Source of the DNA: Kondoa subrosea
Lineage: Eukaryota
DNA length: 64,000 bases
Direction: 5' to 3'
Assembly: GCA_039545335.1 (NCBI GenBank)
Contig: BCIN01000008.1
Location: 445,528-509,527 of the forward strand
Within the stretch, counting starts at the first letter, position 1, and every line of letters begins with the position of its first letter. Positions 1 through 12,705 of this stretch are shown piece by piece. The translations under genes were made by a program, and so were the position numbers. The notes under the pieces are model-generated. The model ran no database searches. It saw nothing but the letters and a program-made list of their open reading frames with translations, and was not told the DNA's origin.

Positions 1-1003
1 GATCGACACTTTCGATAGCGCCAGAAGGATAGGGCACAGTCAAGTCGTTGAGTGCGGATGCATAGATTGAGATTTGAGAGAAACGCCGAAGACCTTTCAC
101 GAAGGAAGTCCCTTCTTGAGTCATTCTTTTTGCATGCGAGATTTAGCTTACGTTTGCGACGTAAGGTAGAAGACTTACACTTCAATCAGCGGTTTTCCTT
201 GATGAAAGTCATCTCGAGCGTATAATTGCCCGCCTGATCGACTCAATAGCTTAGAACCAAGGAAAATCAGTGTGGGTGACCAGAACGTCTTGTAGCGAGG
301 TCTTGACACCCAATATTTAGGACTCGTACGCATCGGACTCGACAATTAGACTTACATGCCTAGATGAGGTGTTGCCTGATAGGACAGGTAAAAGCGTCCA
401 TAAGCACGCGGCCGATTGCGCGAGTGTCTAGTCATGGCTCACAAATGTAGCAAAAGAGACTGGTTGCACCGAGTCGAAGTAGCTAGGTTGCCTACTCTCC
501 AGTAGCCCAAGCGTAAACCGAGCAATAAGACCTCCCAGCGAATCTAGACTGAAGTTGAGTATCTCGCGTACTATTTGACGCAACGAGCTTACAGCCCGCT
601 ATCGAGAACTTTAAGATAGTAGCTCCAGCCTTCTCCTGCTCAGCTGTGAGCGCATCGATTTCTTGGGTAATTCGTTCAGAGCATAAATCGATTCCCTGAA
701 ACACAAGCGTCAGCCTTCGGGATCAGACCAGACCAGAATAAGCCTACATCATAGGTGTTCGTTTCACGATTCCCTGCTGCCGCTAGGATGACAAGCTTAA
801 TGCCTGATTCTTGATGTTCTCGCTCCCATCTTTCAGTCAGTAATCGCTCTAATGTGTGTAGATGCTCTGGAACACCCCTATCATCTTGATCAATACAACC
901 ACGATAGTCAAACAGCTGCAGTAGCTGACCAAAGACCGTGCACAAGCACAAGCAAATGAATGCGATTCGAAGTGTTTCCAGTTTCTAAGATTTCTGTGTC
1001 CAT
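1..1003 (-). CDS. DUF676-family putative lipase/serine esterase (Rog1/Lpl1-like), 3' end outside window
   Basis: Spliced reading gives HLLVLVHGLW...NTYDG.DLCSERITQEI...KFSIAGYSLGGLIARFTLGLL. This has the GxSxG nucleophile motif and an N-terminal VLVHGLW typical of DUF676. Confidence 0.8.
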
Positions 1004-1220
1004 CACCAAAGGAGCAGAGAGAGAATTGTTGAAGTCCTGGCTGCGAGATTCCTGATTGAGCAGAGAAAGCAACGAGATAGAATTGTTTCGTCGGTCTTCG
1101 GCAAGCGGTGACGAGTCACTGACGACAAAAAACAATGCAGGACTATATGTTGCGGATGCTATATGTATGTACAAGAAAAGACATGCGAATGAATGAATGG
1201 CATTGAAGACACATGAGAGA

Positions 1221-4207
1221 TCAACTCTTGCAAAGGAACGATTTCAACCTTGAATCAGTAATAGGTTGACGTGAGTAAGGTGTTGTAGTGGGTGTGCTTT
1301 CTCTGGCTGGTATTGCGTCCTCTCGGATAGTGAAAGCAGGTAAGCTCATCCTTGAGACGGAGCGTGAAATGCTTTTGTCATTGAGCATAGTGTTGGCACG
1401 CTTGAGCTTGGTCGGCTGATTGTTAGGTGTTGCAGCTCGAGGTAATGGATCTGATTGACGAGGCTTGAGTTTGCGAGAAGCGGTGCTTTCATTGACAGCT
1501 TTCCTAATATTGGACTTGAGACTGGACTGTAGGAAGCTAATCAGCTTGCAAAGACATGGTTGAAGACACACAGAGCTTACACTTGCAGGAGCTCGCATGA
1601 ATTTGGCCTGCCATCCGGCTACCACAGCACTGACAGCATCTGCCTTGATTGGCTTGTCCTCTTCTTCATTGTCGGAGAGTACAATTGAATCTTCCTGACT
1701 CAAGCCATTCTTGGGCTTTCTGTTCTTTTTCGCCAGAGGAGTCTGTCCGTCTTCACTTGCAGAACCACCATTCCTGATCCGAACATTTGGTTGCTGAGCT
1801 TCTAGAGCTGGAGTAATAGGTTCAGAGAAATCAGAGATATCAGAACTTGCTGCTTCTTTCTGCACGAAAGGATCGCTAGGTAGTCTAGAGATGGGAGAAG
1901 GCGACTTGACCACTGGTTGTTCAGCCTCTACTTCCCCCAAAGGAGCTGCAGAACTGATGCCAAATTCCATTGATTCGGCTTTGCTTTCTTCTCGGGTTAG
2001 TGCTGGTGCGGGTACTGATGCGTCTTCGTCTTTAACTTGAGGTGGACTGGAAAGGATGAAGTTGGCAGCTTCATCATCGGTCTCTGGTACAACCGCATCG
2101 CCCGGTTCAGAAGGACAGAGCTCGCTTGTAGCGTAATCAAGCAAATTCGCATCCATTGCTTCATCTTCCGGGTTCTGCTCTTCAAGAGCCGGTATCGTGG
2201 GCTGAGCTTCTGCTTGTAGTTCCTGAATGTCATCGAGCGAAATTTCGGCAGAATTGTCGACAGAAGTATTGCCAGCTTCCAAAGCTTGCGTTTCTTGTTG
2301 TACGTGTGCCATTCTCCAAGCCTCTTCGGCTTCTTCATCCTCTTCCGCATCGACGTTAAGCAATCCTTCCGCTTCTGTTAGATCAATCGATTCTTGACTC
2401 GTATTTGCTTCATCTTGTTTTTCTCCGGCTTCCTCTTCTGCGTCACTATCATCCAGCAAGACCGTTTCTGTCTCTACATCTTTGCTAGCAGAAGCACCAC
2501 CAAAGAATTTGCTTGCTATGGTAGGCAATCCTTCCACCGCTTCTTTGTAATCGAAAATCTTCCTCTTTTTAGGTGGAGAATTAGGACAAATATTCTTGAG
2601 TGCTTTCCTCTTTTTGCTACTGCTCTTAGTATCTGATGATGAAGAAGAAGAAGAAGAAGGTTTGGAGCCAAAGAAGTTTCGGATATCCCTTGCTCCCTTT
2701 TCTGGCAGATCAAATTTGCTTTTCTTCTTTTGCTGAGAGGCTCGAGGCGAAGTCGCTTTGAGAATAACAGCTTGAGAAGAAGGAAAGATGTCCACCATCG
2801 CTTTACGTGAAAGCGGATCGATGTCTCCAGTAGCTATTCCAGCTGCAATCTCACGAGCCAGACCGCTGAGTGTAAAGATAAGCATATATCGAATATCTGA
2901 GGAGACGACCTACCCTCCAACAGCAAGAAAATCAGATTGTGTCAAACCAGCAGCAGGAGGCGGAGTCAGATGAACTAATTCCTTCTTTGTTGGATCGAAA
3001 ACGCATTGATGTAGAAAGGTCAAGTTGGCTCTTTCGAATTCCTTTTCGTAATTCTTGGGCACTTTCAACTTCGCAGCCAATCGAACAGCTTGAACGACCT
3101 TTTTGGCAGTCTTGTGCTTTCTCATCATTGTGTGCGCTGTCTTGAGACCCATCCCGCTGATCGAGTCAAGATAGTCACACCCACTCAGAATAGCCATACT
3201 GCATGACCATGCATGACATTCAGTACATATCATGACGGAAGATTGCAGCAGCACGTACTGTCGGAACTCCGTGTCTGACCATCCGTCAAAGCGATATTCT
3301 CTGCAGGTAGGAATACGATCTCGCTTGATTTCGATGACGTTACCATCCGCATCCATTTTGAAGAGGATCTACCAATGATTGTGAGCTGGTACTGAGCTCC
3401 GAATCGAGAAATCTAACCGTTTTGCAACCGAAGACAAGCAAATCACTATCTTCTGTGATGAGACCATCAATGATGCCTTGCTGTTCGAGGAAGCAGAGCT
3501 GGGAGTCGGCCTCATAAGGTGCAACAACATAAGAAACATTCTCGCGCTTGAGTTCCTGTCAATGCTTGAGATGAGCTCGTTGCGCAAATACAACCAACCA
3601 AGAGGTATACTTTGATCAATTGATAGGCCATTTCTGGCGTAACATCGCAAGCTTTGACAAAGTACTCTCTTGCTTGAGCAGCTTTGCCTTGAGCCATTAA
3701 GGATTGAGCTTTAGCTAAAGCATCTGCTCGTTTGGCTCCACGATCATCTTCTGTACCCATCTTGCTCGGCAGGAGACCACCATCAAAAACGACATAAGGT
3801 TTGACTCCGAAATGCTTGAGCATGCGAATCTTTCCCATAGCGTATGAGACATATCTGGCAAAGAGATGAGGGCGATAATTACAGCATAGAATGCAAACAT
3901 ACTTCAGCGTCTTCTGCCCGGTAGCGACTTCTTGACTACAGCTGTATACACCTCTGTGATCTTTTAATCAGCCAATGGTGCAGTGAGAGCGAAGTCTACT
4001 TGCCTATGTAGCCAAACGCTATAACAGAAATGAGCAACATACAGACAACGCAGGATATGAGCTTACTAGGCATCAACGCCTAAAGTCTTTCCAGCATAGT
4101 CCTTGACATGTCGAGGCTCTGGAGCGCCATCAGCGAGACTCTTCTGCGAGCTGTAGTAACCAACTTTGGATTTCCTTGAGCATCGGCAGAAGCCCTTGAA
4201 TTCCCAT
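1221..4207 (-). CDS. EXO1: Exonuclease 1 (XPG/Rad2 family), multi-exon
   Basis: MGIQGLLPMLKEIQ start, GVDAYVWLHRG, VVFDGGLLPSK, VAPYEADSQL, EDSDLLVFG and ILSGCDYL..GMGLKTA (H3TH motif). The long disordered tail carries SKFF (MIP-box-like) and ends LKSFLCKS. Confidence 0.93.
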
Positions 4208-4497
4208 GACAGGCCAAGCCTAATCGGTCAGTGGACTATGGTATACGAATCTGTGCGGTATAGTTGACAAGGGGAGGCCAAGGTCGACACAGGACAGCAA
4301 AAATGCCCTTTGTTTTTTCTCTTTGAACGAGAAATCAACAAAGATGTTTCGACGTGTTCCTCTCTACAAAGCTGTCCCGAGGCTCTGGGACTCGGCATAT
4401 ACGCGTAAATACGTTTTCTTCAGAGGTCTGAGGGCTTGCAATAACCAGCAGACTCAGAAAGATCACCTCAGCTCTTCCTTTGCCCAATTACCAGTCC

Positions 4498-6063
4498 TCA
4501 TTCAACTTCCTGGTCACCATCAACAGCATGAGCAGCGCCTGCATCATCTTGGACAATCACATGAACCATTTCCCGCTGCTTCAACAACTTCAATTCTTCC
4601 AAATCATCGCTGACTACAAGCTGGATGCGCTTCTTCGCAGCTGCAATGATCACCGCTTTAGCCGATTCCTGAAAGAGACGCATATCCTCGTCTGAACAGA
4701 GCTGATACACAGGCTTATCGTTTCGATCCTTCGCTTCCATCACAAAGTTCGAGTAAGAGCACTTCCACTGCAAAGTCTTGATATCAGACAAAGCGCCATC
4801 TTCCATCAATGTCAGGAGTTGCTCAGGGTGATGCAAGGTTTTCTTCAAAGGATCAAATTGAGAGATGGGCATGCCAGATAGGGTAAGATGTTCGACGCTA
4901 CTTCCGTTTTCACGACCGACATTTTCTAGGCCAATCGGACCAGCAAGTTCGAGATGCTTGATTCCACTCAGTCCTTGTAGCAAGGCAGTGAGTTTCTGAG
5001 GTTCTGCCTCAGTTGTCAGCAGGAGATCAGATGGTGCCAATGATTTGCTTACTGTTGTCGTCTACTTTGATTGCAAGCGGGTCATTGTCACGCTCGCCCA
5101 CGATGAGTGCGAATTTGGTCAACTGATCAGTCAATTGTAAGACCACTTTCGTCATCCATTCACTCTCAAAACCGCAGGGCAAAGTAATTCGCAGATCATC
5201 CACAGAAGAAGGTAGCATAGCCAGAAAAGTCTTGAAGTAACTAGCGTTGCTTGGAACAGAAGAGATGGAAAAAGTCCTAAGACTACTTTGGACACAACGT
5301 GGGCCGAAATCTTTGTCCTGGTCCAGCGACCATCGCTTGAGTGGGGCGTAATGTAAAGTTCTTACGTCGACGCTCATCTCTTGCAAGACGGGAAGATGCG
5401 CAAGTGCCTTGCTGATCTTGACCAGTTCGGCGGCTTCGTCCCATACCGTTAATTTTAAGCTGGACAGTGTGGCTGCTGCTGAAGAGGCCAGGATGTCACC
5501 GACTGTGCAGTCGATAGAGCCGCGTGGACAGAGATGAATGTCTTGCAAGTTTGGAAACCGCCAAAACAATCTGTCCCATCTAATGCTTCTCTGATTCGGA
5601 TCGCATGGCAGAGTATTTCTGATTGTCCTTTCGAAGCGACACTCCATGGCGTTAACAAGTATGAGCGGACATCCGTCGACACAGATGGCAATATTGTATT
5701 CAGACGAGACGAGAGGTACCCAAACGAACGACGGATAAACCAGGAGTCTCTCGACCCGTTCAGCCATATCCTCGTTCTCTTCTAGACAAGTGTAGAAGCG
5801 AACAACACTGTCTGTAGTATTCAGATGAACCGTCGAATACAAGAGCTTGCGTCTAACCGCAGCATGAGAAGAGATTCAAGAGCTAAGACGTAGCAAGCCT
5901 ACCCAGTCGACAGCCATGCTTTGCTGACGAGACATACACCAGAAGCTAGGAAAGACTTTGCAGCCTGAGAGGGAGCGAAACATTCGACAGGTAGACCCAA
6001 TTCCCTCAACGCATGCTTGATGATTCGCTCATGAATCTCGTGTGGCAGAGTAGTCGTGGTCAT
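4498..6063 (-). CDS. F-box-like / leucine-rich-repeat protein
   Basis: Exon 1 MTTTTLPHEIHERII...CLVSKAWLSTG splices to RKLLYSTVHL (fungal F-box-like pattern), followed by LxxLxL repeats. An intron at ~5005-5052 joins ORFs 5027..5842 and 4498..5040. Confidence 0.65.
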
Positions 6064-6449
6064 CACGTAGCTGATTTCGTAACAGATGCGCTGAAGTATC
6101 GCTGTGCAAGAGCAACCCGCGAAAATTATGTAATGTAAGGTTGAGCTCGAGCGGCCACGTCTAGAAACTGCACTATACCATCGACGTGGATCTCTTGCTG
6201 TTGTTCATCCCGCCTAGGCCCCTTATGTTGATTTTGCCTTGCGGCTTCACTTCAGCTTGAGACTCGAGATTGGCATTGGCAAGACTTTCGAAAAGTCCTT
6301 GGCTACTGGTCGTGCACACTAGTCTGGAAGTTTGCTAGCCAGTGTACGCATCTGCTGCCAGTTTCGCTCAATATCGCTCTTATACTCTTGTTTCCGAAGT
6401 CATCGCAGTGCCAGCGCGTCAATCTGTATCCTTTCTTTTCTACAACGCT

Positions 6450-7530
6450 ATGCAGCGATTACCGGAAGAACTCCACTCAGCAATTGGACCTCTCTATAAC
6501 GACCTTGTGATTGCGTGCAAGAAGCTAGATTGGAATTACCTGGTGGACGAGGTGCATTGGCCTAAAACGAAAAACCTCATATCACCCGGAATGGTTGAGC
6601 GCAAGGCGGTAGAACACCTACTATATCGTCGTTTGCTGTCGGAAGAACCAGAACATATCATAAAGGTTCTGGAAGGCACACCTAAAAGCCTTTCTGGCCT
6701 TAGCAATACTCAACGTATCAATATCCTAAGATACCAGCTCGTCTTCTACCCTCAGCTCTTTATCACATCCAACCATTTCAAGGGTCTCGATGATGCGATT
6801 GCAGCCAAAGTTTACTGCACCAGCATTGGTGTAGCCCTCGTGATGACAGACTTCCTTAGCAAGCCTGGCCCAGACGCAGAATCCAAATTAAAAGCATTAT
6901 GTCGGCGGGAACTCGGAATTATTACGCAGTTTTGGGGCGCTATACTCTCGTCTGTCAACAAACGGCCAGAAGTTTGCAATCGCTTAGTATACCTGTCAAT
7001 GCAAGACCTGTCAACAAAAGAGCATCAGGTGGCACTTATCAACAACATTTGGAATTGGCTGAACAAGCCTGTCAACGACAGCCATCAACGAGAGCTCCAC
7101 CAGGCAATCCATTTCTTTCTCCAGTACTTCAGTGTGCTGTTAGCAATTCCGCTGCCTATCATAACAGAGCTATATCAGGGAGGTCTCAGTTTTCTCAGTC
7201 GTGTTCGCGAATGGGCAACTCCTCAAGAGCGCTTGGGCGTCCTCAAAATTCTTCTGGATCTATCACACTTCAAGGCAACTCTCGATTACCACTGTCTACA
7301 TTGTAAGCAGTATCACATTGGAACCATGGGGCAAGCTACACCGGATATAGCGAAATTGTTCAAGTATTGCTCGAGGTGAGCTCACGAGCTCACGAATTTC
7401 TGCGCGGACAACCTTGACATTGCGCATGACTAGTTGGCATGTCGCTATGTATTGCTCAAGAGATTGCCAATCAGCGGACTGGAAAGCTGGGCATAAAGAG
7501 AGATGTTATGGCAAAAGGAGAATCAAATAG
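6450..7530 (+). CDS. C-terminal MYND zinc-finger protein, paralog A
   Basis: CLHC...CS|SWHVAMYCSRDCQSADWKAGHKERC after intron 7376-7433. Visibly paralogous to the 9802 gene. Confidence 0.78.
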
Positions 7531-7946
7531 GAGGCAGAAGCAGCAAATGAAGAAAGGCGACATGATTGGATAATGTGAGCTTCCTTTTCACGAGTGAGGG
7601 CATACATTCAGCATCTTAGACAAGGCTGATAGTCATTACACGGAGGACAGGCGCACGACACTGATATCAACCTACCTATGCCAACTCACCGCTTTGTCAT
7701 TCCTCGGTATTTCCTACCTGACTCAAGCTATTCTTCCTTTGGGTCTACATCTGGTCCTCATGGTGATCGGGGTATTGCAAAGGAAGAGTTCAATCCGGTC
7801 GCATCTTCGACTTCGAATTGCTTTCGAACGGAAAGGCTCAATATGAAGGGCAGATCACTCTATCCATGCAGTGGTAATCAAATGGATAGGTAGCTATCCA
7901 GCCCAAATCTCACATTAATTACATCGCACAGCAGTTTGACCCTCGA

Positions 7947-10443
7947 GCATTCAATGCAGTCTTTGGCTTGTACAAAACTTTCCATCGTTACTTTGGAACT
8001 GCGCTGCTTCGACATGTGCTATGGAGTGCTGCACGTGCAGCGTTCTGAATGCGTCAAGTCTGATTGCACTTCGATGTCCCAGATCGCTGCGTTTTACTCC
8101 CATACCTCTGTCTTTTGCTCTGCCCTACGATCTTTACGATTCAGTTATAGCTATCCTGCGCTTGAATTTGCTCCCTTAGACCTTAGACCCAGACCGAAAT
8201 GATGCTCAGAGTCAGATTGTCACTTTTGACTCTGCAATAAAAGTCGGGTCATTTTCGAAGCGGGATCGACCCACTTTGCTTGCCTGATATGGAGCACCGC
8301 CGAGACTTGGGCCATGTGTGGCATCAGTGGCCTCATTTCTAGCTTACACCTTGGGCTCTTGGATTCCCTCCTCTTCTCACAAACCACTCACACTTCATCT
8401 CAATCTACATCAAACATGAAAGCTGGATTCGTTGCTCTATCTCTCGCGGCACTCTCTGCAGTGTCTGCTGCTCCTTTAGCCAAGAGGGAAATGACCGATA
8501 TCGATGTCACTAGTTTGTCGCTTTCCTCTGCGCTCGATGGTCTGAGCTAACTTTTATATGCAACAGTCCTCCAGTACGCTCTAACACTAGAACAGTATGT
8601 CGCTCTTCCGAACAGCAACTGTGCTTGTCGCTCATGCTTCTTGACTACCTTAGTCTGGAAAACACTTTCTACAAGCAAGCTTTGGAGAAGTTCGATCAGT
8701 CTGCCTTCACCAATGCTGGCTACTCTTCTTCAGTTCGAAGTAGAATCCAGGAGATCTCAGGTCATGAGAGCTCTCACGTATCATTCCGTAAGCACTTTCC
8801 CGCTCAGCATGTAATCAAGCTTATCCTCTCTTCGCAGTCTCCACTGCTTTGTCTGCAGCTGGTGTTGACCCAACTCAAGCTTGCACTTACGACTTTGGAT
8901 ACAACGATGTCAAGTCCTTCTTGGCTACTTCTTCAATTCTTGAAGGTGTTGGTGTTTCAGCCTACCTCGGAGCTGCTGCGTCAATCACCAATACTGAGTA
9001 CGTTCACTTTTGCTTGTCCAGCGTCTCCAGCTGACTTCCCTCTAGCTACCTGACTGCTGCCGGATCCATCTTGACCGTCGAGTCTCGTCACTCAGCATAT
9101 ATTCGCAACACCATTGGCGAATCTCCATTCCCTCTTGCTTACGACATTCCTCTTGACTTCAACGAAGTTTACTCTTTGGCTGCACCTTTCATCAAGTCTT
9201 GCCCATCAAGCAACCCCACTCTTCCAGTCAAGGCCTTCCCTGGTCTCACTGCTACCACTTCTGGCAAGGCTAAAGCTGGAGGACAGACCAAGTTGACTCC
9301 AACTGATATGTCAAGCATNCAAGGCAAGGGTCAGCTGTACGCTGCATTCATTGGCTTCCCTACCACTTCATTCGGTGAATACAACACCGAGACTGTGAGT
9401 TTCTTTCCTTTACTTTTGAGTNCNTTTGCTCATTTTGACTCGCAGATGATGGTTACTATTCCTGAAGGAGCTGAGGGACAAACCTATGTTGTGCTCACAA
9501 CCAGCAACAAGGCGGTCAGCGATGACAACGTAGTTGCCGGAGTTGGTGTACTTGAGGTTTGCCAGGATTAGAGCGTCTGGGCCAATTGTGTTTCATTGTA
9601 AAATAGCTATTGAGTTCAAAGCAAATGCTAGTATAGTAATCGCAGCGTCTCATTCTTGCCTCTTTTCCCTTCTTCTTTGCCTTAGCTGATTGCTTCACTT
9701 CGCCTTCACTTTTCGAAATTTTGTGTCATGCAGGTTGCTCTTGAATCGCAACTCACAAGTGTCCAAGCCCTGGATCCCCTCTTATTCGTAGCCAGAACGT
9801 AATGCAGCAAGTCCCAGCTCCCCTCTGGGAAACACTGGCGAGCGAGGTCGCGAGGCAGTCCAAAGCAATAGAAGCAATGGATTGGCCTGCAATCATGTCT
9901 GCACCTGCGTTGAAGGGCACAGAAGCTTCACCTGAAGACTCTATGGTCTTTATGAACGCAGTCCGACGTCGCTATCTGGCTGGCAATCCTCATGCTGTAG
10001 CTGTACTGTCCGCGAAACTTGCACTCCGCGGAGATGAGGATCCTGATTATCGTCATGAGCATTACGACGCCCTGGCAAACTTCTTCGCCATCGTTCTGGC
10101 CAATTCCGGTCGCTTCAAAGCTTGGGCTACAGAAGATGCAGCACCTGTTCTCGCGACCTGCATTTCTCAAATCATCGGCTTCGCTGGAAGTGTAGTCATA
10201 TCTGATATGTCTCCCTTCTTCGTCGAAAATGCCTTCAATCTTCTTACGGCCCTTTTCAGCGGCTTAGCAAAGAGACCAGCTTTAGTGGATCAAATTCTAG
10301 GCGAATGGGAATCGATTCCAAATAAAGCAATAGTCGCGGAATACAAGAAAACACTCCACGAGACTCTTCTCAGCATAATAAATTGGTCTGAGAAGGAGAA
10401 GAAGTCGAATCCCATTATGTCTGTTCTGATCAAAGATCAAGCT
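7947..10443 (+). repeat. Left arm of ~2.5-kb inverted segmental duplication
   Basis: The reverse complement of 33401-35928 aligns by eye over the upstream region, the whole ferritin-like gene and the 5' ~640 bp of the MYND gene. One short unalignable stretch at ~8080-8197. Confidence 0.97.
8416..9571 (+). CDS. Secreted Rds1-like ferritin-like (Ferritin_2) stress protein, copy 1
   Basis: Signal peptide MKAGFVALSLAALSAVSAAPLAKR (Kex2-type KR). Spliced motifs LQYALTLEHLENTFY, GHESSH, LEGVGVSAYLG and VESRH; five short introns. Confidence 0.88.
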
Positions 10444-10895
10444 CTCTACCTCGCTGTTGGTCTAGGATACACTGTACCTAATGATATCATGAGTATGGCC
10501 GGTCGGGGACCTGTCTATAACAAGACTTGGGCACAAGTAGCTAAAATGGGAACGGCTGAAGAAAGATTCGCAACCATGTTGCAGCATCAAATGTTCAAGC
10601 ATGCAAAAGCAACGGACTCTTTCGTCTGTCTCTGTTGTGGCAAGTACTACGTTCCGGACGCTCCGCAGGTTCAGGATGAAACGATAGTCAAGCAGTTCAA
10701 AGCTTGTTCCAGGTCAGTCAACACACAGCAATAGGCGCTTGTTTGAATTCATTTGTGATGTACAGCTGTGCGACAGCTATGTACTGTGGTCAAGACTGTC
10801 AGTTGAGGGACTGGAATGAAGGGCACAAGAAGGAGTGCTTTGGGCGCAAACTGCAGAAGGCAAAATCCTCGAAAGATCCGAAGCCTCAAGAGTGA
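9802..10895 (+). CDS. C-terminal MYND zinc-finger protein, paralog B (intact)
   Basis: CLCC...CS|SCATAMYCGQDCQLRDWNEGHKKEC is a canonical MYND after intron 10713-10765. Confidence 0.85.
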
Positions 10896-11280
10896 GAACT
10901 AAGACTGATTTTCAAGAAGCAAGTTATTCCCATAGGAAGAACTGAAGGCGGAAAGGAATGGCCAGAGCAAGCCGACGCGCAAGTTACAGCCTTGAGCATA
11001 ACATTGGTAAGCGAGCAGCTACATGCGCTACTGTGTACTCATAATGCACGCTCAGATTTGTGCACACCTAGCTTGTTGGATGAGCTGACTTGCCGACCTT
11101 AGTCTCACTTGGCGAGCGTTGTCAGTCTTTGCATATATAGACATAGATCAGAAGCGTATTCTAGCACTGTACAAGCCCTGCTCTGCCCATTTGCCGCTTT
11201 ACGACTTATCCTTGTCGTGCTTACTAATCACCTTGTGAAGCGAAAGTAAACAAACTTCTCTCTTCTCTGAATCTGTCAAC

Positions 11281-12685
11281 ATGCGGATCAAATGCACAAT
11301 CTGTCTCAGCAAAGAGGCTACCATAGGGAATCCCGCAACAGCTGATCAATGGGCCACCTCGAATTGCGGGTAAGATCCTGCCTGCGCGCATATCCACGCG
11401 TTCTCTGAGTTTCGCTCTACACAGACATTGCTACCACAAGAACTGCCTTGAGGGTACCTACACTGTGGATAGAAATGGAGACATGGTAATGAAATGCCCT
11501 TGTTGTCGCAAAAAGATCACAACCAAGAAAGTCTATCGTCTGTATTTCGATGAAGCTGGACCGAATGACATTTCTTCTTCTCCGCCTGATGCTCAGATCG
11601 ATGACCCGGAAGAGGACAATGATGAAGAAGATGAAGAAAAGACTACCGCTCGTCTGATAAGGGAAATGCGACTGGGCTTTGCAGCTAAGAAGCAAGAATC
11701 GGAGGCAGCTCAAAAGGCCATTCAGGAGCAATTGGTTCAGATTAATCAGCTCGAGAATCGCTGTCGCCGCTATGAGGCTGACAACGATCAGATCCGCTCT
11801 CAGAAAGATGCTCTTTTCGAGCTCGACAAGCAGAAAGCTGAGCGAATAGTCAAGCTTGAAGCAAGCGTGCGTACCAAGCAACGGAAAGTGGATGATCTTA
11901 CAGCGTACGTGAACAATCTTTGTCAGTCTCTCTTGACGGCCTGATCTTTGCTTCCAGGAGGATGACGGCAAGCGAGACCCGAGCGACAAGCGCGGAGGCA
12001 GAGCGTGATCGGCATATCAGCGATGTCACAAAAGATTTGGAAGCACTGCAGATGCAGCTAAGTCAATCACTGGACAAGCAGTCTCGAACAGCAAGCGAAG
12101 CGGACAAACTGCGCAAGGCGAATGCGAGCTACAAAGACAGACTCGAAAAGCAAGCAGTAAGCAATCGTCCATCAGGAGCTCGCACTTCCTGACAGCAAGA
12201 ATTAGGCGAAGCTAGAGAGACTCAAAGCACAGATTGCACAATCGCAAAATCAGCAACCTGTTCCCAGCTCTTCTCGTAAACGACCTCGAACGGATGACCC
12301 AATCCCATTCAAATCCGGTCCACCGAGTACTTCACGGGCTTCCTCAATGGCACCTCCTTCTTTTAAACCATCTTTAGGCTATACGGTAACAGATCGGCGA
12401 ACTTCGAAACACTCGAAAACCGTCGATTCAGCTCTACTTATCGATGACGAGGATGATATTCCGCAAGTAAACGACTGGCAACCAGAATCAGAAGGAGACG
12501 AAGAGGAGGAAGATGAAGAGGAAGAAGCTTCTTTCATGTACGCTCAAGAATCGTATCAACCAAAAAGAAACAGATTGGGTCCGCTGCCAGATGGTCGATT
12601 AGGGTTACCCAATGGGTTTGTACAACCGAAAGCTCTTCTGGATTTGGGACCGAAACGAAAACCTAAGCTGAGAGTTGTAAAATAG
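11281..12685 (+). CDS. RING finger + coiled-coil E3 ligase (TRAIP-like architecture)
   Basis: Spliced N-terminus MRIKCTIC...CGHICYHKNC...CPCCRKKITTKKVYRLYF, then a long coiled coil and an acidic/basic disordered tail. Confidence 0.72.
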
Positions 12686-12705
12686 AAATGTACAGGGCGC
12701 TCGAT

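Noticed and set aside
7800..7840. TTC/GAA-rich stretch as a heat-shock element
   Set aside because: The spacing does not fit nGAAnnTTCn arrays, and it lies outside the duplicated promoter.
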